A stretch of DNA of 63,925 nt, counting the filler, from Octopus bimaculoides (lineage: Eukaryota), in NCBI RefSeq assembly GCF_001194135.2. It is 8 parts of 8 records of this genome, joined end to end, with 100 filler letters (N's around TTAATTAATTAA, not from the genome) between each part and the next. Parts side by side here need not be neighbours in the genome. Positions count along the whole stretch, not along the records: positions 7,930 to 27,042 come from NC_068992.1; 7 more parts are not named here. One strand, written 5' to 3'. This document shows, piece by piece, positions 13,333 through 23,725 of this stretch. How positions within the stretch are numbered: the stretch's first letter is position 1; every line of letters begins with the position of its first letter. Both the position numbers and the translations under genes were made by a program. The notes under the pieces are model-generated. The model was not told the origin of the DNA. It saw only the letters and a program-made list of their open reading frames with translations, and did not search any database.

Positions 13333-13537
13333 TATGTACATATTTACATTTGACAGACATTTGTCCTCATCTTGTTTCAACATTTCGGTTGATGTACCCT
13401 CCAACCTTCATCAGGTGTCCAGGTTCGAAATTTCCCCAAGACACCTGATGAAGGCTGGAGGGTATATCAGCTGAAACGTTGTGTTAATAACAAACAAGAT
13501 GAAGACAAATATCCGTCAAATGTAAATAATGTAAATA
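13333..13537. mobile_element. Palindromic element built from two inverted Penelope-like terminal sequences
   Basis: Arms of about 85-95 bp are reverse complements around a 20-bp spacer (13420-13439). Each arm carries GACAC-CTGATGA...GAAA. Confidence 0.75.
13440..13485 (+). ncRNA. Minimal type I hammerhead-ribozyme-like motif
   Basis: Stem I GACAC/GUGUU, core CUGAUGA(A), stem II GGCUG/CAGCU, GAAA, palindromic ACGU stem III and a UH site (GUU). Fold derived by hand; activity untested. Confidence 0.55.
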
Positions 13538-14384
13538 GTAGATGATATTGCTTACAGGTTTGTGTGTGTGTTTTATGCATCCACGTAAACAAAAACCTAA
13601 TGGTTGAGTGGAGGATTAACCTCTCGCCTGAAAAATTGTCCCTTTGTATCTTTTTTTTTGCCATTATCTCCTTCTTTTATTATCCTAAAAGAAGAAAGGA
13701 ACATCCATTGCCCTTTTAAGGGACTGATAAACTGTGATATAGGTAGGGATAACAGAGTAAATATTGAGCTGTTAATATGATAATTATCTACATTTTAAAA
13801 AATACATGGCCTGCATTTTGTGGTCAACACTATAGGTTCCTGATAAGCTAATCACAGGTTCATTGTATTTTCTGATGGTGAGGATGATAAAGGAGTGTTT
13901 GATAAGGGAGTGTTTCAGGGTGGAATAACTACCACAAAGTACTTTTTGCTTGAGATACTTTTTTATTGGTAATTTTCACACCAATATGTACGTTTTTGAC
14001 CAATACACACCACGTGTACACAGCACCACCACCACCACACATTTGTTTTCCATGCTAACATAAGTGAAATGGTTTGTCCCAATACAAGTCTGTTCTTATA
14101 TGGAATCGCTTCTGTCTTGCACAGCATACACACATGATGTTCTTCAACATGGTTTCTGTCTACCAAATCCACTCAGAAGATTTTGGTTAGCTTGGCTCTA
14201 GATCCATGCAGTAGGACTGAACCCCAAGCCACAGGGTTGGGAAGTGAAATTCCTAATTCCTAACCACATGGCCATGCCTGAATTGTACTTAATAAATCTG
14301 TTTTTTTTGTAGAAAGAGAGAAACGCTTTGCTGTTTACGGAAGGAAGTGTTACCTGGACTTGTTTCATTCTTCCTACAATACTC

Positions 14385-14710
14385 TGGTAAAGGTAAAGAC
14401 CCCGTTCGGTGATGAATGACCATGGACTTGCACCTAGAAAGTTCCCCTCCAAAGCACAAGTCTGGGCAAGGTTGTTTATAGAAGATCAGCAGTCACCCAT
14501 ACATACCAGCCTCCCCTCTCCATGCCACCAATGTTATCCAAGGGAAAGGCAACGGGGTCGATATAGCTTGGCACCAATGATGTCGCAACTTATTTTTACA
14601 ACTGAGTGAACAAGAAATAGAGTGTCTTGCTCAAGAATATAACACACAGCCTGGTCCAGGAATTGAACTCATGATTGTGAGCCCGATGCTCTTACCACTG
14701 AGCCATATGA
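14385..14710 (-). mobile_element. SINE type C, second copy, CpG-decayed
   Basis: Collinear with 1095-1430, with many CpG to TpG/CpA changes. Confidence 0.8.
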
Positions 14711-15009
14711 ACATCATAAATCAAGTGAAATAACTACAACCAGGAAACAAAACCAAATCACAGACTGCAATTCTCATTCTGATGAACAAACAGCAGATAC
14801 CATTATTCATTGACAGAAGAAATAGAAATATGTCTTGTAAATAGGGAGAAATGTTAGTGTAAGGCAAAATACCTTGTGTTGTTTAAGTCCCTTGCATTCT
14901 GAGTTCAGCTTTGCCTTTTCTTGATAATGTTGAATCAATTTAGAACGGTATCATTAAAATGTTTGGCAGAATGTTTTGCGATATCTATTTCAGCTCTTTG
15001 TGTTCGCAG

Positions 15010-15427
15010 CAGGGGTTGTGGCATCAAAACAAAAAAACTTCGGCTCCAACTCCAACTCCTCTACTGTTGGCACCTCCGACTCCTCTACTGTTGGCACTTC
15101 CAACTCCTCTTTATGTAATTAAGTGATTGTGGTCTACATATCTCATAAAGCATATGCATACACTTGTACTTTGAGTAGGCCTTTATATTATAACTGGTTT
15201 ATATTAAAGAAGCACAGAAAAGTTGACATAATAACTGTGATACTGACTATGATGATGTTGATGATAATTAACATTATTTCTAGCATAAGAAATCTACTTA
15301 TTAATTACAAAATACCTCTTTTTATTGATATTGTGAGTCAACGTCAGTATGGTTTTGCCGATTCTAACTCCAACTACCCCTTAATTGTTTCCAACTCCGA
15401 CTCCATGACTCTGACTCCACAGCCCTG
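15010..15427. mobile_element. hAT-like MITE with (CTCCRA) subterminal repeats
   Basis: Termini CAGGGGTTGTGG / CCACAGCCCTG, degenerate 8-bp TSD GTTCGCAG / GTTCCAAG, and ACTCCAACTCC/ACTCCGACTCC arrays at both ends. Confidence 0.7.
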
Positions 15428-16954
15428 GTTCCAAGTTCAAATCCTGTTGTGGCCCAGTCTGGGTGATAAGATTTATCTATAATCTGGCTTAACACTACCA
15501 CCTGTGATACCATGGGTGCCTTTTGTGGAATCTACTCTTTTGCAAGCTTTCAGGCCAAGCTTCAGGATTGCCTGCTTCCTACTTCACAACTGGCGCAACT
15601 GTTAGCATGCGGTGCACAAAATGCACGACAGTCTTTACATTCTAAGTTCAAATTCTGCCACGGTCAACTTTGCCTTTCGGGGTCGATAAAACAAGTACCA
15701 GTTGAACACTGGGGTTGATGTAATTGACCGCTCCCTCAAAATTTCAAGCCTTGTTCCTAAAAGTAGAAAGGATTATAGGTTCAGGTATGGCTGTGTGATT
15801 AAGAAGTTTGTTTTATAGTTAAACGGTTGCAGGTTCCGTCCCACTGTGTGGTATATCTTGGGCAAGTGACTTCTACTATAACCCCAGTGTAACCAAAATC
15901 TTGTGAGTGAATTTCAAAGACATGTTTGTGTGTGTGTGTATGTGTGCGTGTGTGAGCGTGTACGTGTGTGTATGTGCGTGTGTATTGGCATGTGTCTCCT
16001 TGATATAATGTACCAAATGTAAACAAACTTGTCAGTGTCATATAAGCATTGCCGCTTATTTGTAATCTTGTTTGAAAATATGTCTGGACTAAGGGAATAT
16101 ATTATTTTGCTTGGAAATAAATGAGGGTTGACAACAGGAAAGAGCATCCAGCCATAGAAAATAGAAGCACAGAAAAGTTGACATAATAACAGTGATACTG
16201 ACTATGATGATGATGATGATAATTAATATTATTTCTAGCATAAGAAATCCACTTATTAATTACCCCCTTCCTCTCATTAAATTATGCTTATGTCTGGAAA
16301 ATATTCCCTCAAAATTCTAATATTTCTCTTTAAAACAACAAAACTGTATAAATCTTCACCAGAATATTTTTATATTCTCTGACACTAATTTTTGGTGGGA
16401 CCTTTAGACTGCCTTTTAACTATTGTTTTCCATACAAAATACCTCTTTTTTTTATTGATGTGTGTGTGTGAGTGAGTGTATATGTGTGTGTGTGTGTGTG
16501 TGTGTTTTCCTTAGTGATAACAGGAAGTTTGACTGCCCAAGTATTTATGATTATGTTATTAATATGTAATTATCAGCTTTGACCTAAGTATGTCAGTTAG
16601 GAGTGGCAGAAAGTCTCACTGTTAGGGGTTAGAGACTTAAAATGATAGACAACCTACTTCCTCTGTCCCCACTTGTTGACTCTTCTTTGCTGTCAGCCCC
16701 TATCTTCACCCCCACTTCCAGTTCTTTTTACACTTTCACTTCATCCATCCCAACCCTATCTCTGTAACCCCTCCTCTAGTCTGTTTTATCATCAATGTCT
16801 GCTTTAGAACGCTTCTCTCATTCTCATCATACACTTTGTCCATTTCCATATTCAGTTTCCTTCAAATTTTGACTAATTTTTTATAAATTTTGATTTTAGA
16901 TACAGGGACAAAAAACGAAAACAATATTCCATGTAATCTCATGATAATGATAAT

Positions 16955-17580
16955 AATCCTTTCTACTAGAAGCAACAAGGCCTCAAATTTGGGGGAAGGG
17001 ATTAAGTCAATTACATCGACCCTAGTGCACAACTGGTACTTAATTTATTGACCTAGAAAGGATGAAAGGTAAAGTCGACCTTGGCAGAATTTGAACTCAG
17101 AATGTGAAGATGGCACAGGAGTGACTGTGTGGTAAGTAACTTGCTTACCAATCACATGGTTCTGGATTTGGTCCCACTGTGTGACACCTTGAGCAAGTGT
17201 CTTCTACTATAGCCTTGGGCTGACCTAAGCCTTGAGTGGATTTTGTAGACAGAAACTAAAAGAAGCCCATCGTATCTATCTATCTACCTACCTACCTACC
17301 CACATATGGTTGTGTGTCTGTGTTTCCCCCCCCCCCCCACATTGCTTGACAACCGATTTTGGTGTGTTTGCGCCCCTGTAACTTAGCGGTTTAGCAAAAG
17401 AGACTGATAGAATAAGTACTAGGCTTACAAAGAATAAGTCCTGGGGTTGATTTGCTTGACTAAAGGCGGTGTTCCAGCATGGCCGCAGTGAAATGACTGA
17501 AGCAAATAAAAGAATGGACAAAATACCGCTAAGCATTTCAGCCGGTGTGCTAACCATTCTACCAGCTCACTGCCTTCATG
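16955..17580. mobile_element. Nested SINEs: type A (+, ~17110-17515) inserted into type B (-)
   Basis: The type B sequence stops at GAAGATGG (~17113) and resumes at GGACAAAATACCGCTAAGC (~17515) on the far side of a full-length type A copy. Confidence 0.8.
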
Positions 17581-17799
17581 ATAATGATACAACAGTAAAA
17601 CTCTGTGTGTGTGATCATTTAATGTCTGGCTTCCGTAGGCATTACTGTGTGGTAACAAGCTTGTTTCCCAAACATCTTGTTTACAATTCAGTCCCACTGT
17701 GTGGCAACATGGACAAATGTCTTCTACTATAGCCCTTAGCTGATTAAAGGCTTGTGAGTGGTTTTGCTGCTGCTGCTGCTGCCACTACAACTACTAATA

Positions 17800-18840
17800 A
17801 TAATAATGAAATTATTGTGTATAATGCTCAGGTGCATTACAACTCATCAAAGGTGCATGTACAGTACATAGAATTATGTACAAAAGTCAGGAAAGTGAAC
17901 AGTGTATCAGTTATGATATGCCTCTGTACATGTGTATGGAGGAGGGATATCAGGCGTTGGTGAATTTCCGGAAGCCTGGAGGTTTTTAAGGATGCAATGT
18001 CTTGGCAGCTAACAACTGATGCAGGTGGTTTGTTCCATGATTCAGCAACTCTGGGTGTGAAAAAATGTCTCCGAAAGTCATGGGAATTGTTTTCTGATTT
18101 TGTAGGCATGCCCATGTTTGTTAGACACATGGAATTCAAAATGGTGCTCAAGGTGGTTGTTGGCACGATGGTTAATAATTTTGTGGGTGTTTACCAAGTC
18201 AGTTGCCAGACATCGGAGCTTCAGTGTATCCATGCCCAAGGAAGCAAAGCTTTCAGAGTATGGTAGATGTTTGATGGAGGGTATTTGCTTGGTTGCACAT
18301 CTCTGAACAGTTTCCAGGAGGTTAATGTTCTGAGCAAGATAGGGGTTCCAGACTGGTGATGCAAATTCCAAGTGTGGTTGCACCATAGCCATATACAACC
18401 TTAAAAAGATAGCTGGAGAGCAGCTGACAAAGGTCTTGCTCAGTGATGCCAAGACACCTTTGGCCTTCTTGACAATTTTAGAGATGTGCTTTGTCCAGTG
18501 CAAATCGCTGCTGACAGTAATGCTCAGGTCACGTTCACAAGAAAACTTCTTGATATTAGTGCTGTGGAGGGAGTATGTGGAATCTGGGTTTTTCCTCCCG
18601 GGTTTTTCCTCCTAAAATGCATGGTGGTCCACTTGTCTACAGCCAGCTTGAGTTGCCAGTCCGTGATCCGTTGTTGCATTGTGTGCAAGTCCAATTGCAG
18701 GAAAGATCTATAGTGTTTAGGATCTGTCCTTTTTGTCTCAAGGTACAGCTTGATGTCATCTGCATATTTAAGCACTGGCATTCTTTAAGTTGACATCTAT
18801 GTCATTAATGTATGCAACAATGTTTTCTTAGATGGAAAAT
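17800..18840 (-). mobile_element. CR1-group LINE, 5'-truncated, RT C-terminal half and 3' end
   Basis: VLKYADDIKLY (RT YADD motif), YMAMVQPHLEFASPVWNP, LETVQRCATK, LGMDTLKLR and RRHFFTPRVAESWNKPP. Frameshifts and stops present. Confidence 0.92.
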
Positions 18841-18989
18841 GAAAGCTCATCACGCGTGAATTTCAATCAGTTATTAGAATTCTAGTTTATAAATTTTGAG
18901 ACCATTCAATCATTTTTCCTGCCTATTATTCCTGGGAAGGTCATGGAAGTAATGCCCTTCCTATCGTTATACTTTCTGGCTGGATTCTC

Positions 18990-19335
18990 AAATGTGAGCA
19001 CCTGAAACTGGATATTATCCAACCATCTCATTCTTAGTCTAACCCTAGGTCTTCTTCCAGTTGGTTTGACTTGAAGAATCCATCTTGTAATTCTTTCCTG
19101 CAACATTTTAATCACATGTCTGTAGTACTAGAACTATGACCACTTTATGTAAAGAAGTGGCTTCATTTGGACAGACTCCTTCATCTTTAAATTATGCTCT
19201 GTTGTGTCTAGTAATTTTACTCTGGAAAGCTTTTGGACGAACCCCATTTCAGCCACTTGTATTTATAATTATATTCCTCTGGTCCAACTTAAAGACCAGC
19301 TTGGCGCCTGGTGTGAACAAGGCCATCGAATATGA
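18990..19335 (-). mobile_element. RTE/RTE-X-like LINE 3' coding remnant
   Basis: QVAEMGFVQKLSRVKLLD and RWILQVKPTGRRPRVRLRMRWLDNI resemble the AEM.FLR and G.RP.GRP..RW.D.I motifs at RTE C-termini. Confidence 0.7.
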
Positions 19336-19785
19336 AAAAGGATCAAATGAATAAACCATACCATAAACAGAAAAGATCCAATTAGGATAATCATTTATAT
19401 CATCCTTGCCATTTGATTAAGATGATAAAGATTACAAATAAAATTGTCATTTCACCCCTTTAAGGAAAAACAAATCAAGTTGAAAATGTTGACACTGCAA
19501 AGAGTCGTCGTCCGTCCAGCCTTTTTCTTTTCTTTTTTCTCCCCTTAATCATTTATACAACTTTCGGAGTGCTGTGGACTTGAAACAGAAATCCTCCCTA
19601 TGTTTTTATGAGATATCTTTGAATCATGGGTACTGGATCGTTTTTTTTCTTTTCTTAATATTAATCTTTATCATCTTGGTCGAATGGCATAAAAACAGAC
19701 GGAGAGACTATCTCTTTATAGACGAAGATCAGTTGCAATGTGAGGAACTGAATCTCATAAGAATGGAAAAACAAACGTGTTGTAC

Positions 19786-20428
19786 CTTGAAATTGTAGCC
19801 TCAGTGAGATCATTTAAGTACGTCATCAAGTACACGCTGAAAGGAAATGACCAAGCTGCTATAATAACGAAATTAGTCAATATCTAATGGGTGGGTGAGT
19901 AGGTAGGTATATTGGACCATCAGAAGCAATTACATCCATTTTAGGATTTTCAGTTCGTGAAAGAGCACATGCATATAGTAAGACTGCAAGTTCATCTACC
20001 AGATGAACAGATAATATTTGCTCAGACATAATGGAGATATATATGGCTGTCAATGAACGGCGTATGAGAACAACATTGACAGAATGTTTGCAAAAAACAT
20101 TACTTTATCCAAGTGAAGTATTTCACTTGGAAAGAAGAAAGCGAGGAAAAATGTTGAAGGCCATTTGAACGTTTACAAAGAAGAAACGGTAATTTTTCAG
20201 ATTAACACCCGCACGATCTTCACTAGGGTGTTAGGGTTAGGCTTGGGGTTTTGTCTAGGGAATTCTGTCCCTAACCGTAACCATAACCCTAACATCCTAG
20301 TGAAGATCGTGCGGGTGTTAATCTGAAAAATTACCGAAGAAACACTTGGTCGTGTTTATGTTGTCACACTAAAGGCAGGAGAACTGTTATTATTTAAGAA
20401 TTTTATTGCATGAAGTTCGAAATAGTAT
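19786..20428 (+). pseudogene. Decayed Helitron Rep-domain fragment, interrupted by a MITE
   Basis: Collinear motifs LEIVASVRSFKYVIKYTLKGNDQA, RYIGPSEA...ILGF...IVRLQVHLPDEQ, TTLTE, YFTW and, after the MITE, LGRVYVV...YLRILLHEV. These match the order of conserved Helitron Rep motifs as I know them. Stops and frameshifts present. Confidence 0.8.
20188..20335. mobile_element. Merlin-like MITE, copy 1 (148 bp)
   Basis: About 40-bp perfect TIRs GGTAATTTTTCAGATTAACACCCGCACGATCTTCACTAGG and a perfect 8-bp TSD GAAGAAAC. TTAGGG/CCCTAA in the arms. Confidence 0.85.
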
Positions 20429-20688
20429 TTTTTCCTTTCCCTCTTCGTATCGACATTTTCAACTTGGAGTGGTTGTGACCCAAAGGATCACGGCAGGTAC
20501 ATCTAGTAACTATTAAAAAGGAAGTGCTCATAACATCAGCATTGTCTACTTCATGAGTATTTTGTAATGATTTTTTAAGGCAAAATAAAGAAAACCTCAT
20601 TGCTGTTAGTCTATGACAAGTTTTAAACTTTTATATATGGAGACATCTATATTTACATTTTCATTTTCTCATCGACATCAATTTATAC

Positions 20689-20732
20689 CTCATCAGTAAG
20701 TCACACTGGTCTCCTCGTTCTTCCAACCTTCT
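20689..20732 (-). CDS. Candidate small exon (RRLEERGDQCDLLM)
   Basis: Acceptor TTTTAGATTTTCAG, donor GAG|GTATAA, 44 nt, only one open frame. Confidence 0.2.
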
Positions 20733-21754
20733 CTGAAAATCTAAAACTTGATAAGTATTTTGAAAACCCGACTATTTTTGTACATGCTTTATTTTTTTAC
20801 TATTTTCATTTCTTTCGATTGGTGAAGGGCGGTGGCTGTGTCTGGTGGAAAGATATCTAAAACGACACTCAAGACACTTGGCTACTTGTACGTTTATGTT
20901 CTTTTTTCTCTTCTGTTTTACATATGTAAACAGAGAGAGAGAGGTCACATCTATCCTATCATTCGTTCCGCCCATTGAAGTCTACACATATTATTGAAGT
21001 GTGTATTATGTATTTGCTATGTGCGTGTGTATCTCCATATATTCGCTATTTGTGTATGTATGTTTGCTATTTCTCTTGTCACTGTTTATGTATGTTATTG
21101 AAGTGTACATAATACATAATTTATATTATTTCTTTCTTTTGGCATTGTTAGGAAGTATAAATATTAAATAAGGGAACATAAAATAAATCTAAAACCAGTG
21201 ATGTCGAACTAATTCTATGATAACAACTATTGAAAGTTGTAACTGGAACTCTTCCCCCTACCTTTTATCTTCTTCCTCTCTCTCGCTCTTACTCTTTCCC
21301 GCCCTTCCTTTTATACACACTTGTAGTCGAAACCTTTCACAAGAAAATTATTCAGGATATTATTGGGGTCTAGAATTAGGATTGTTATTAAACTATAGTG
21401 ATGTAAATAAGAAATTTAACATATAAACTCAATTTAACCTGGAGAGTAGAGGGAGTATTTGTATGAAGGTGTGTGTGTGTGTGAATTCATTTATGGTCAT
21501 CTTAGCATGCTGAGACTTCTTGCAATAGACAAAACATTTTGAGGCAGCGTTTTTACAGCCAGTTGGCCCTCACAATCCCAACCATTTTAGATGTTTCTTA
21601 TGATGTACAGGAATATGGTATGCCTATTATAAAAACCAGGACACACAGTATGTGGGTGCGTGTGCACACACTCTTGTGTAGACATCATGTGATGGTTGTA
21701 AATGAGCATCGTCGTCTTACAAGCGAGGTTGTTCCAATTTTCTGTTAAAGTATG

Positions 21755-21978
21755 GGTAATTTTTCAGATTAACACCCGCACGATCTTCACTAGGGTGTTA
21801 GGGTTAGGGTTTTAAGGTCAGGGTTAGGGTTTTAGTGTCAGGGTTAGGGTTTTAAGGTCAGGGTTAGGGTTTTAGGGTTACGGTTAGGGACGGAATTCCC
21901 TAACCCAAACCCTAAAACCTTAACCCTGACCCTAACACCCTAGTGAAGATTGTGCGGGTGTTAATCTGAAAAATTACC
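21755..21978. mobile_element. Merlin-like MITE, copy 2 (224 bp) with expanded TTAGGG-containing 20-bp repeats
   Basis: Same TIRs as copy 1, 8-bp TSD AAAGTATG / AAAATATG, and an internal (GGTTAGGGTTTTAAGGTCAG)-type array. Confidence 0.85.
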
Positions 21979-22134
21979 AAAATATGTTAGGCCATGGGAA
22001 AATATTACCTTGTTCGAAAATGGTTGGGTCAGTGGCAGGAAGGGCATCTGGCCATAGAAGATCTGCCTTAATAAATTCTACCTGACCCATGCAAGCATAG
22101 AAAAATGGGTGTTAAACAATGGCAAATTAGCCTG

Positions 22135-22270
22135 ATATGTCTCCGTAATATATAAAGTCTCAGGTCCCCAGTAAATGCAATTGCTTTGGTTAATTGAGCC
22201 ATTTAATCTAAATGTGTCTTCACCACTCAAAACAGTCATTGTTAAAAAGTGTGCATCTTCTACACATCTT
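22135..22270 (-). pseudogene. Tc1/mariner-superfamily transposase fragment (first catalytic D region)
   Basis: VLSGEDTFRLNGSINQSNCIYWGPE resembles the FSDEA.FHLNG.VN..N.R.WG.E motif. Confidence 0.55.
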
Positions 22271-22281
22271 GATACTAGCAC

Positions 22282-23054
22282 CAGGGTCAGATTAAGACCC
22301 ATCGAGGCCCTAAGCACTTAAAAAAATTTGGTGCACCCCATAAAAGATTATGTAATTCAAAATATAAATAATAAGAAACCATAAAATAAATTTTTATTTT
22401 TGAAAACGAAACAAAACAGTAAGAGGGAAATTAATGTTTATTAATTTATTCTTTTACTTGTTTCAGTCGTTTGACTGCAACCATGCTGTAGCGCAGCCTT
22501 TAGTCGAACAAATCGAGCCCAGGACTTATTCTTTGTAAGCCTAGTACTTATTCTATCGGTTTCTTTTACCGAACCACTAAGGGACGTAAACACATCAACA
22601 TCGGTTGTCAAGTGATGGTGGGGGGACTAAAAGACACACACACACACACGACGGGCTTCTTTCAGTTTCCGTCTACCAAATCCACTCACAAGGCTTTGGT
22701 CGGCCCGAGACTATAATAGAAGACACTTGCCCAAAATTCCACACAGTGGAACTGAACCCAGAACCATGTTGTTGGGAAGGAAGCTTCTTACCACGCAACC
22801 ACGCCTGTGCCTATATTTGAAAAGTTTCCTTCTACTTTTTTGAATTGCAAAGTCTTTGATCAGATCCTCAAAATTAATCTTAGGTAACACATCTGCATCT
22901 ATACTTAAAAGAAACAAAGACATCCCGAATATTATTTCAGCAAGTTTAAAGTGATTTTTGTGTGTGCCGTAAACCATTTACCATTTCTGTGGTGCCCCCC
23001 TCCCTCAATGTCCTAAGCACGTGCTTATGTTGCTTAATGGTTAATCCAGCGCTG
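22282..23054. mobile_element. hAT-like MITE containing a full-length type A SINE (-, ~22445-22812)
   Basis: Termini CAGGGTCAGATTAAG / TTAATCCAGCGCTG with a subterminal CCTAAGCAC motif at both ends. TSD is only weakly preserved (ACTAGCAC / AGTATTAC). Confidence 0.55.
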
Positions 23055-23492
23055 AGTATTACTCATAAAACTCCCCTCGTGGGTCCAGATCGTCTTCGCT
23101 GAAAGCGTGGATTATTCTTGGAATGTGACTACCATTCACAGCTCTTTAAAATGCAATAGATGCTTGAGTTTTAAACGACGGTGATGAAGATGATGATAAA
23201 CATGTGTTTTGTGGATGAAGGGATTCACCTTTGTCTAAATATCTTTTATATTCATTAATTATAGCTTTTTAGTGATATTCTGAAGCTACAAATGCGATAC
23301 AAGTTGAAAGTTGTTAGCATTCATATCTTGTTTTTTCAAGTGGCTGTGTAGTAAGTAGCTTCCTTACCAACCACATTGTTCCAGGTTCAGTCCCACTGCA
23401 TGACACCTCGGGTAAGTGTCTTCTACTATAGCCTTGGACCAACCAAAGCCTTGTGAGTGGATTTGGTAGACAGAAACTGAAAGAAGCCAGTC

Positions 23493-23529
<37 letters not shown>

Positions 23530-23534
<5 letters not shown>

Positions 23535-23725
23535 GAGAATTTACGAAAAAACAACAGACGAAGACAGGTGGTATAAACAACAAATGGATGTATTAGTTTA
23601 ACGCTCGGGAGTAGAGAAAGTCTTTGACGTTTTGAGCCTACGCTCTTCAACTGAAAGGAACACAGAAAGAAACAAGGAGAGAAACAAGGAGAAAAAAATA
23701 TAAATGTAGTGGTCAGCGATCTATC
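23530..23725 (-). mobile_element. Penelope-like terminal repeat remnant
   Basis: Minus-strand TTGAAGAG-CGTAGG-CTC-AAAACGTC resembles the CTGAAGA...CGAAACG motif of PLE ends. Confidence 0.4.
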
